From Arenicellales bacterium (lineage in GTDB: Bacteria > Pseudomonadota > Gammaproteobacteria > Arenicellales > Poriferihabitantaceae), in the NCBI GenBank assembly GCA_963663315.1, contig OY760176.1, positions 69,822 through 133,821 of the forward strand: a stretch of 64,000 nucleotides of DNA, read 5' to 3'. Positions 39,127-46,627 of this stretch are shown here, one piece after another. A program made the position numbers and the translations under genes. The notes beneath the pieces are model-generated. The model was not told the origin of the DNA. It did not search any database and saw only the letters and a list, made by a program, of their open reading frames with translations. The first letter of the stretch is position 1, and each line of letters begins with the position of its first letter.

Positions 39127-39402
39127 TGCTATGTTGCTATCCTCCGAGGCGTGCTGCCCCGTCGTGATGACTCTTTGTTTCACGCGCTCGCAGCGGAGCC
39201 ACGATGGCCGGAATGCCTGCGCCGGGGGGATGCGCGAGTGGTGCGGGCGCAGGGAGCGGAGCGACTGAGCCACGGTCGCGTATTCAACCGGCGCTAGCCG
39301 CGCAGCGGCGTGGCATTGCGCGCTATCGCCGTAACGGAGCGCGAGCGGAGTGGAGGACCCCGCAGGGGTTGGCGCAGTGAGAACGTGTGGGACAAAGAGT
39401 CA

Positions 39403-40031
39403 TCATGACGGGGTGATTATTCTCCCACTCCCACCCCTCTCTTCTCCAGTTGCCGCGGACTTGGAGCTTGCAATAAGGGGCGAGAGTCGAGCCGCGAGGG
39501 TGTCGGCGCCGACGGCAACGAGGTCGTCATTAAAATCGGAGCGTTCGGGAACAATCACGATTGAGGGAATGCTGCGTTCCGAGCAGCGGCGCTGAAGACG
39601 GTTGGCGGCGTTCCCGCCCTCCACGTCTTTATCGCGGGCGATGACCAACAGGGCGAGATCTTGGGGTGGTTCGAAGGCGCCCAGGCTGCCCGCCGATAGA
39701 GCCGCTGCAGCATGAATGACGGGAACGGCGGTAACCAGCGATAGAACGGTTTCGATGCCCTCGCCGGCAAGCAGGGTCGCGCCGGAGGCGGTTCCGCCGA
39801 AGCGAACGGCGCGGCCGTGGACCCGCCCAAGCGCTTTGCGCGGGCGGGCGAGGTTGGCTTTTTCGGGTCGCTTGGGGTCAAGCCAGGTGCGCTGCACACC
39901 CTCGACGGCGCCATCATCGCCGGTGACGGCGGCGACCAGCGCCGGCATTCGGTGGATGCCGTCATCTCCACGATAGATGAGATCGGGATGAAACCGCAGG
40001 GCCGGGAAGCGGCTGTTCCCCGTCAGCCCAA
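39403..40031 (-). pseudogene. Toprim-domain (primase-like, ICE-type) protein, 5'-truncated by an IS
   Basis: The frame is open up to the IS boundary (...LRFHPDLIYRGDDGIHRMPALVAAVTGDDGAVEGVQRTWL...). AGEGIETVLS and ARDKD Toprim acidic motifs are present. The N-terminal zinc-finger part is missing. Confidence 0.7.
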
Positions 40032-40097
40032 TGTGGACCGCTAGCCTGATTTACTAAGAGACAGTTTTAGTTCATCGTTCACCTTGATGAGGAAACG

Positions 40098-40460
40098 ATG
40101 ATGAGCAAGAAAAGAAGTGCAGAGAAAACGGTTCGGGATATTCGCCGGGCCACCCGCCGGAAGTATTCCGCAGAAGAAAAAATCCGTATTGTCATAGAAG
40201 GTCTTCGTGGTGAAGACAGTATTGCCGAGTTGTGCCGTCGAGAAGGTATTAACGCCAATGTCTATTACCGTTGGTCCAAGGAGTTTATGGAAGCGGGCAA
40301 GAAACGTCTGGCAGGGGATGTTGTCCGTGAAGCAACCACAGATGAAGTCAAAGAGTTACGGGCTGAGTCAGCTGCCTTGAAAGAGGCCCTGGCCGAACAA
40401 TGGATGGAAAACCGCCTGCTTAAAAAAAGCGTGATTGCGGATGGGGAGGACGATACATGA
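40098..40460 (+). CDS. IS3-family transposase OrfA
   Basis: 120 aa. HTH region YSAEEKIRIVIEGLRGEDSIAELCRREGINANVYYRWSKEF plus a coiled-coil tail. Confidence 0.9.
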   Translation: MMSKKRSAEKTVRDIRRATRRKYSAEEKIRIVIEGLRGEDSIAELCRREGINANVYYRWSKEFMEAGKKRLAGDVVREATTDEVKELRAESAALKEALAEQWMENRLLKKSVIADGEDDT

Positions 40461-41458
40461 GGTATTCGGCCTCTGAGAAGTACGAGATCATTCGTCTGGT
40501 GGAAGCATCCAGCTTACCTATCCGACAGACACTCCGGCAGCTGGATATAGGCAAATCGGCCTTCTATAGTTGGCTAAAACGCTATCAGGACAACGGCATC
40601 GATGGGCTTGAAGATAACAAACCGTCAGCGGTTGCCGCCTGGAACAAGGTGCCCCAAGACCATCGGGATTCAGTGATCGAACTGGCCCTGGATAAGACCG
40701 AGCTGTCACCACGAGAGATCGCGATATCCTATACCGACCAACAGCAATACTTCGTCTCAGAGTCCACGGTATACCGCATCCTGAAAGCTGAAGACTTGAT
40801 TACCAGTCCAGCCTATATCCTGATGCAGGCCGGTGATCAGTTCCAGAATCCCAGTACCCGAGTGAATGAACTGTGGCAGACCGACTTTACCTACTTCAAG
40901 ATTATCGGCTGGGGCTGGTATTACCTATCGACCATACTGGATGATGACTCGCGCTATATCATCGCCTGGCGACTCTGTAGTGGCATGGCAGCAACTGATG
41001 TCCAGGATACGTTGGATGATGCACTGGCCTTTACCGGGTTGGATCAGGTTGAGGTCAATCATAAACCCCGACTGCTCAGCGATAATGGACCGTGTTATGT
41101 ATCGGGTGAGCTATCTGATTATCTGGAGCAGCAGGGCATGACGCATACTCGTGGAGCACCCTATCATCCACAGACTCAAGGAAAAATTGAACGCTGGCGC
41201 CGGTCGATGAAAAATCAGATCCTGCTCAACCACTATTATTTACCCAGTGAATTACAGGAACATCTGCAACGGTTTATCAGCTATTACAACCATGAGCGCT
41301 ATCATGAGTCGTTAGACAACCTGACTCCTGCTGATGTGTTTTATGGGCGTGATCAGGACATCCTGGAACAGAGACAACAGATCAAACACAATACGATGTC
41401 GATGAGGCGAAAAATGGTTTACGATAACCGAAATAATTTAACCAACCTGATGAGCTGA
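40457..41458 (+). CDS. IS3-family transposase OrfB (DDE/rve)
   Basis: 333 aa. WQTDFTY, LLSDNGPCY and QGKIERWRRSMK catalytic blocks. Confidence 0.9.
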   Translation: MRYSASEKYEIIRLVEASSLPIRQTLRQLDIGKSAFYSWLKRYQDNGIDGLEDNKPSAVAAWNKVPQDHRDSVIELALDKTELSPREIAISYTDQQQYFVSESTVYRILKAEDLITSPAYILMQAGDQFQNPSTRVNELWQTDFTYFKIIGWGWYYLSTILDDDSRYIIAWRLCSGMAATDVQDTLDDALAFTGLDQVEVNHKPRLLSDNGPCYVSGELSDYLEQQGMTHTRGAPYHPQTQGKIERWRRSMKNQILLNHYYLPSELQEHLQRFISYYNHERYHESLDNLTPADVFYGRDQDILEQRQQIKHNTMSMRRKMVYDNRNNLTNLMS

Positions 41459-41616
41459 AATGTCTCTTATCTTCAGGCTGCCATCTGTCCACATTCTTTG
41501 ACGACATACAATTCATCGGCTATCACTAAAGCGGACAGACTCTGTGTTAATTATCAGGACAGTTCTATTTACTCCTGCAAGGTGACCTGGAATTCGTTGT
41601 CGCACAGATTGTTTGA

Positions 41617-42255
41617 TTAAAGGAAATCGTAGCCAATGTCTTTGCAAGCATTACGGATGGGTTCAATAAGCAGAGCGTCCCTCAGCGCGCGATGGAATTG
41701 CGGTGTCAAAGGGAACGGGTTTAACAACGCTGCCCGTTCGTACACCGCCACCACAGGTCGATTGGTTAACGAAGAGGGATAGTAAATACCCTGTATTTCA
41801 GGGTAACAATCGTAGAAACTGCGTGCCCAATTCTGTGCATACAAAGTTGGGCCACTCACGAGTTTCATGGATCCACCGGCTTTGACCGGAAAGGTATCAG
41901 AGAGGTCGAGCAAGTTCAGTTCTGTCGTGAGCACATATGAAACCAGCCAGGGCTGCTTATACGTGCGATTTACGGTACGTTTGTTCTGGAATACTTCAGC
42001 AATGACGGTGATGATATCCGTAGCGGCGTAGAAAACGCCCCGAGCCTGCACCTGTGGTTGTCCAGCATCGTCTTTAAGGTGATGATCGAACCGGGCCGCG
42101 GTTGGGCCGTAGTGTCGAAACGTATTCCAAACCGTGGGATGTTCACCACCGCGTCGGTAAACGCGATGCAGAGTAGTTCCGACAGGGACAGAAATGATGA
42201 CTGGTGAGAGACCTCGGAGACGTTCGAGGTCTGGCTCGATTGGGAGCTTGACCAT
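41617..42255 (-). CDS. RES-domain toxin
   Basis: 212 aa. The Arg (TAARFDHH), Glu (VIAEVF) and Ser (IYYPSSLTN) triad has RES-domain spacing. Lies 5 bp downstream of an HTH antitoxin gene. Confidence 0.8.
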   Translation of the reverse strand: MVKLPIEPDLERLRGLSPVIISVPVGTTLHRVYRRGGEHPTVWNTFRHYGPTAARFDHHLKDDAGQPQVQARGVFYAATDIITVIAEVFQNKRTVNRTYKQPWLVSYVLTTELNLLDLSDTFPVKAGGSMKLVSGPTLYAQNWARSFYDCYPEIQGIYYPSSLTNRPVVAVYERAALLNPFPLTPQFHRALRDALLIEPIRNACKDIGYDFL

Positions 42256-42260
42256 GTTTA

Positions 42261-42845
42261 TTACAGATGAGTCGTCAACTGTAACAATAGATCAATGTCT
42301 CGGCCGATATTGAGCCAGTCCAACGGGCTGACGGTCGCTTCCATATTGTCGTCCAGATACAGGTCGACATTTGGTAAGTGAAACCAGTTGTATACCTCAA
42401 CCGGGTGCATCCGGGGATTCAGCGCCTTGTTGACGCGGGCAATGTTAGGAATTAATTTATCTTTTGGTCCAAACTGAAAATCCGGGATGTAACGCTTTCC
42501 ATCAATCAGGAAGCTATAGAGCGAACAATTTGCAATCATCTGACGTACTCGACTCGCGGAAATCCCGAGTCGTTGTCGAGCGTCCTCGGCGGATAGGCTG
42601 CGCGTCACGATTGCAGCGTATTTCACGGCCGTATCCGCCAGTGGATCATCCCCCGGGGTGGGTTCCAGGGTCATCCCACCTGCGCGCAAAACTGCCTGTT
42701 CGCCGGTCGTCAACCCGCTGTTGGAATCACCATAGGCCAAGGGCTTCATGCTCTCGAGTACGACTCTGAGTGATTCATTCAGAGCCTCAGGGGATGTATC
42801 TTTAAACCCCCTGAAAGCCAGATAATTCATGGATTGTGATGCCAC
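42261..42845 (-). CDS. Xre/HTH-type antitoxin partner of the RES toxin
   Basis: 194 aa. HTH region LSAEDARQRLGISASRVRQMI and a C-terminal DUF2384-like SPLDWL segment. Confidence 0.7.
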   Translation of the reverse strand: MASQSMNYLAFRGFKDTSPEALNESLRVVLESMKPLAYGDSNSGLTTGEQAVLRAGGMTLEPTPGDDPLADTAVKYAAIVTRSLSAEDARQRLGISASRVRQMIANCSLYSFLIDGKRYIPDFQFGPKDKLIPNIARVNKALNPRMHPVEVYNWFHLPNVDLYLDDNMEATVSPLDWLNIGRDIDLLLQLTTHL

Positions 42846-42939
42846 AATGTTTCCTGATACAAGCGGATATGAGCAGTGTTAATATATGTTAGTATATACC
42901 TGTTTCGTGGTTTTGCAATATTTGTTATACATTTGATGC

Positions 42940-43104
42940 TCAAGCAAATAAAGACCGGGCATGTAATTGTCCACGATGCTGTTCTGCCTGCCATAAGTCA
43001 TATTGACCTTGCTGATTGATCCAGCTTTCTGCTGATGTATTGAAAGCGATGGATAGCCGAACCGCCATTTCCGGGCTGATGCCTGCACGCTTCCAATTAC
43101 TCAT
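42940..43104 (-). pseudogene. higA: higA antitoxin relic (C-terminal half only)
   Basis: The last 54 codons of ORF 42940..43284 read MSNWKRAGISPEMAVRLSIAFNTSAESWINQQGQYDLWQAE, matching the HigA HTH helix 3 plus tail. The upstream part of the ORF is unrelated and overlaps the Cmx6-like gene. Confidence 0.6.
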
Positions 43105-43783
43105 CTTCGGATTTTGTTGCCCCGATGCTTTTATGGGGTATGAAGATACCGCAACCGAACAATCTGCCGGGACCCAATCCGTTTTGCTGCAAACGGATGG
43201 ATTCGTCGAATTCAAGGTCTGCCAGCATGACACTTCTGACCGATAGTCTGTTTGCATGTCTTTGCAGATACTTGTGTCGGCCACACAGGATTTTCTGCGG
43301 TGTTATGCCCATCTGATCGAGTTCAATGACGACTCGCTCGATAAAATCGGATTCGCTTTCCTGTTCTTCAAAAATAACCCGTCGTGCAAAAAGGGTGGAT
43401 GATCTGACCAAAAGCAGCGTGTTTGTCTGGCCTATGGTTATCGTATGACCGTCGAGATCCAGTTTCTGGCCGATCAATGTTTTTGCCTGCTCAAGACACT
43501 GTTTCGGTAAACGCAATCTCAGGCGAAGCCGTTTTGATGCGAAGAACCATTGTCGGGGACTATCGGGCTGGCGCGTCCAGCCACTTCCCGATTCCGGGTA
43601 GTTGATCAAATGTATTCCGGCTTGTGGTTCATCTTTCAACCAGGGTAACCGGTTCAGCACCGCATCGGACAGTGCGCTTGCATGATCCAGCGGTAGTGTT
43701 TTCGCTTCGATACGGAACGTTATATCCTGTATCAGGTCGGGCACAACTGATTGCGCCCGGCCCTGGGTTTCGTGCCAGATCAT
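43097..43783 (-). CDS. Cas6/Cmx6-like RAMP-superfamily protein, stand-alone
   Basis: 228 aa. DITFRIEAKTLPLDHASALSDAVLNRLPWL, RLRLRLRLP, KLDLDGHTITIG, and the C-terminal glycine-rich loop LQQNGLGPGRLFGCGIFIPHK. These fit my recollection of the subtype I-MYXAN Cas6/Cmx6 family. Confidence 0.65.
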   Translation of the reverse strand: MIWHETQGRAQSVVPDLIQDITFRIEAKTLPLDHASALSDAVLNRLPWLKDEPQAGIHLINYPESGSGWTRQPDSPRQWFFASKRLRLRLRLPKQCLEQAKTLIGQKLDLDGHTITIGQTNTLLLVRSSTLFARRVIFEEQESESDFIERVVIELDQMGITPQKILCGRHKYLQRHANRLSVRSVMLADLEFDESIRLQQNGLGPGRLFGCGIFIPHKSIGATKSEDE

Positions 43784-43797
43784 AATTCTGACCTCCG

Positions 43798-44508
43798 TCA
43801 GCCGTCGTCCGGCAGCCCGGCCTGCACTTGGTTCCGGTCAAACCACCACTGGTCCTGTACCAGCACGTCGATCACATTACGCAGTCTACCTAAGAACTTT
43901 TCCGGGTCGTCCAGTTCCATCCTCTCAATCCATTGATCGAAGGTGGCCTGATTATGGGCATCGGCATGGCGGCGGCCAACGGTGGTCAGCATCTGCATGG
44001 CATCGACATACAACCCGGCATCTTCGATCTGTTCCTTACGCAAATCATGGACATAGACTGCGGTAGCCGCCGCCACGGCGGCGCCATCGGCATCGTCAGC
44101 GGTTTCATCGATAACATGCTGCAGCATGTCGATAGTGATTTTCGGGTTGACCGGAAAAGTGACCGCGAGCCAGACCCCCTGGCCCAGCGCGGCCAGACTG
44201 TCAGCAAGATTACACTGGAACAGGAGATCACATAAATCGATCACTGCCGGCCAGTCGCGGGCAGCGAAAAGCGGGTCGAATTGTGCCCTTGCCCTTTGCC
44301 ATGCCCGATTGTGCTGTCCCAGTTCGAGCAACAGCCAGGCGGCATCCTTGTCGAGCTGCGCAATCATTACAGGGTCCGGTTCAGCCGTTGATCGTTGTTC
44401 GTTCAGGCGGGTTTCGAGCAGAGTCAGCCGGGACTGGATAGCAGCGATTGAGACGACCGTATCTGCGCCGGTTTCAGCGCCGAAGTCAAATCTGGTTTTT
44501 GGAGGCAT
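43798..44508 (-). CDS. Hypothetical helical protein (operon partner of the Cmx6-like gene)
   Basis: 236 aa with an all-alpha-looking composition. Overlaps the upstream dioxygenase gene by 23 nt. Unrecognised. Confidence 0.55.
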   Translation of the reverse strand: MPPKTRFDFGAETGADTVVSIAAIQSRLTLLETRLNEQRSTAEPDPVMIAQLDKDAAWLLLELGQHNRAWQRARAQFDPLFAARDWPAVIDLCDLLFQCNLADSLAALGQGVWLAVTFPVNPKITIDMLQHVIDETADDADGAAVAAATAVYVHDLRKEQIEDAGLYVDAMQMLTTVGRRHADAHNQATFDQWIERMELDDPEKFLGRLRNVIDVLVQDQWWFDRNQVQAGLPDDG

Positions 44509-45439
44509 TGTTGTGGTTATCGGAATGAACAGGGGTTATCGGGATATGCGTGTCGACCTGATCAAGATAGCGAACGCGATAAAGCAACCGGTTTTGTTGT
44601 CCGCACTGTTTGAATGACGTTCTGTTGTGCAGAACATTATTACAGATCAGTCCCTGGCCGGGGGACAGGGTATGTTTGATGACATATTCGGAATTCTCCA
44701 GTAAATCGGTTAACGCCGCCCGTGCCTTACTGAGAACCGGATCAGGGCGCCACAGGACAGACCGGGTACGGGCAGTATACCGCATCCACAGTTGGCCACT
44801 GATCGTGACCGCAAAAACCGGGCCGGTGACGCTTTCCCGAATGCTCCGGTTGTCGATTCGATTGGCCGGAATGGTCATCGCTTCGGGGTTCATCAGCGCC
44901 GCAATATAAGCCGGATTTTGATCCCGGAGCAGGATATAGGCGATTTCGTGATCCAGTAATTGATTCTCTCCGCCGCTGGGCGCTGATTCGACGCAATGCA
45001 GAATAAATGACTGAATCATGTCGCCCGTGTTATCGCCGTCTCCAGCAGACTGGTAATAGCCATCCGTGTGCCAGTTCAATGACCTGTCGGTATAGGGAAT
45101 AAATTTTTGTTGCCTGTGATCCCGGCTCACCCGGACTTCACTGATGCCCTGATCATCCGCATAGAGATTGGAGACGACATGCTTCAACCCCATGCACGCG
45201 CCAAGCTCCAATACGCAGCTTCGGGTCATTTCGGCATCACTGTGGTAAAAGCAGAAATTATTGCTGTCACAGGACGCTTGCAATGACTGTCGTTCGCTGG
45301 CTGAAATACTCCCGGGGTCTGCGATCCGGGTCATCAGCGCCGGCACATCGGTCACATGGCGGGCAAGTTTCCGGTCCCGCCAGCGCCGGTAAGCCGCGTG
45401 GTTGCCGAGGTCAAATGGATTGCATTGCTGCGACAGCAT
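44486..45439 (-). CDS. TauD/TfdA-family Fe(II)/2-oxoglutarate dioxygenase-like protein
   Basis: 317 aa. The HxD motif WHTDGYY and the distal His in NVLHNRTSF resemble TauD/TfdA-type enzymes. Confidence 0.65.
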   Translation of the reverse strand: MLSQQCNPFDLGNHAAYRRWRDRKLARHVTDVPALMTRIADPGSISASERQSLQASCDSNNFCFYHSDAEMTRSCVLELGACMGLKHVVSNLYADDQGISEVRVSRDHRQQKFIPYTDRSLNWHTDGYYQSAGDGDNTGDMIQSFILHCVESAPSGGENQLLDHEIAYILLRDQNPAYIAALMNPEAMTIPANRIDNRSIRESVTGPVFAVTISGQLWMRYTARTRSVLWRPDPVLSKARAALTDLLENSEYVIKHTLSPGQGLICNNVLHNRTSFKQCGQQNRLLYRVRYLDQVDTHIPITPVHSDNHNNASKNQI

Positions 45440-45455
45440 GTCCGGTCCTGAACCA

Positions 45456-46055
45456 TCAAAAAGAAGACCCGGGCTGGCTCAGGAAAGCCAGTTCTTCGGC
45501 GGTGGATTCCCGGCCCAGGACCTGATTGCGATGCGGATAACGTCCGAACCGGTCGATAATCTCGAAATGCTGGTAGGCGAATTGATAATATTCATTGAAC
45601 ATTTCCCGCTCGTCCTGTTCCACCGAATTGCGCAGATTGTCGTACAGCATCAATGATTTATGCTGCATGGCGATTTCCTCGCTATGCTCGAATGGCAACC
45701 AGGCAAACACCCGATAGACAGGCAGCAGCGTCTGGTCCCAGGCTTTGTCGACCATTTCAATCGCGAAACCGAGCGCGGCTGGATCACAGGCAAAGGATTT
45801 GGCGGTACCCCGGTACATGTTTCTCGGAAACTGGTCGAGGCAGATAATCGAGGCCAGAAGTCCACGGGTAGAGTGCTGCATTTCTGCCAGTTCACCTCGA
45901 TATACCGCAGTCGAAATACTTTCAAATCGCTCCGTGATCTGCTGGTCTGTCTGATCGTTTTTCGACCACCATATTGATTTTTTCTGGTTATTGATTTCCC
46001 GGTTTGAAGTATGGCTGCCAAACCAGAACTCAATAATGCTGTCTATTGATTGCAT
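45456..46055 (-). CDS. DUF924-family protein
   Basis: 199 aa. FWFG...W, LDQFPRNMYRG, LPFEHSE and IIDRFGRYPHRNQVLGRESTAEE blocks characteristic of DUF924. Confidence 0.8.
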   Translation of the reverse strand: MQSIDSIIEFWFGSHTSNREINNQKKSIWWSKNDQTDQQITERFESISTAVYRGELAEMQHSTRGLLASIICLDQFPRNMYRGTAKSFACDPAALGFAIEMVDKAWDQTLLPVYRVFAWLPFEHSEEIAMQHKSLMLYDNLRNSVEQDEREMFNEYYQFAYQHFEIIDRFGRYPHRNQVLGRESTAEELAFLSQPGSSF

Positions 46056-46540
46056 GTAAGTATGATACGCTGATTCAAGGGATTATATCTTTTATAATAT
46101 GGATCAGTTTATAGTACGACAAATATTACACAATATGAGCGCCCGTCAGTTAAGAATCGAATATCCGGGTACGTTTTATTGTGTTTTCGAAGGGCGGGTC
46201 ATCCCCTGGACCGGCGCCGAGACAGTCAATCCGTGGATGGAGCCGCCGTTATGATGTGGATTTATTTCAAGGTTGTCAGTATAACTTTTCTGGTTTCCGG
46301 TTTTGGTCATGTTACGCCTGCTTCGTTCGATTTCTCATCAGTAATCAGGATCTACATGGTCGCGGCGTTGAGTCTGGGTCTTGGCTTCGTCATCGCCTGG
46401 ACGATCAAACTGCTTAAAATCGGGTTCGGTTTTTATCTCGCATTTACGATGTAATTCCAGCCTCTGCTGTGCGCTCCTGCCTGCCTTTTATATCCCGGAA
46501 GGGGTACTGTATCAAGAACAATCAGGCAGTGTTTTATTTT

Positions 46541-46570
46541 TTGATACTATCATAGAATAGTCTTTATTAA
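46541..46570 (+). promoter_or_regulatory. Candidate sigma70-type promoter of the dsr operon
   Basis: TTGATA (46541-46546), a 17-18 nt spacer, then TTATTA/TATTAA (46564-46570). About 60 nt upstream of the dsrA ATG, which has a GAGGTG RBS. Confidence 0.35.
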
Positions 46571-46627
46571 TGGCGAGATTGCTAAAAATCCTGCATTGCA
46601 ACCGAACTGCTGAGACGAGGTGCGAAA

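Larger units (their letters stand above)
40032..41493 (+). mobile_element. IS3-family insertion sequence (different from the 18103/31966 element)
   Basis: 1462 bp. Imperfect IRs TGTGGAC...GCCTGA..TA.AAGAGACA at both ends (TG...CA termini). orfA and orfB lie in 0/-1 frames. An A7 run sits at 40422-40428. Confidence 0.88.

Noticed and set aside
38377-39268. Several 200-235-aa ORFs in both orientations overlapping the DUF2493 gene (38377..39084, 38462..39067, 38606..39268), and 37979..38593
   Set aside because: Their translations are Arg/Pro/Ala/Gly-rich and typical of off-frame GC-rich DNA. Only the 38197..39126 frame gives a recognisable domain, and it has an RBS and a terminator.
42940-43284. 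Whole 114-aa ORF as an intact antitoxin
   Set aside because: Its N-terminal 60 residues overlap the Cmx6-like gene in another frame and do not resemble HigA. Only the C-terminal 54 residues are HigA-like.
41494-46627. CRISPR repeat-spacer array expected near the Cas6/Cmx6-like gene
   Set aside because: I read the intergenic stretches here (41494-41616, 42846-42940, 46056-46627) and elsewhere in the window. I saw no regularly spaced 25-40-bp direct repeats. A computational scan is still advisable.
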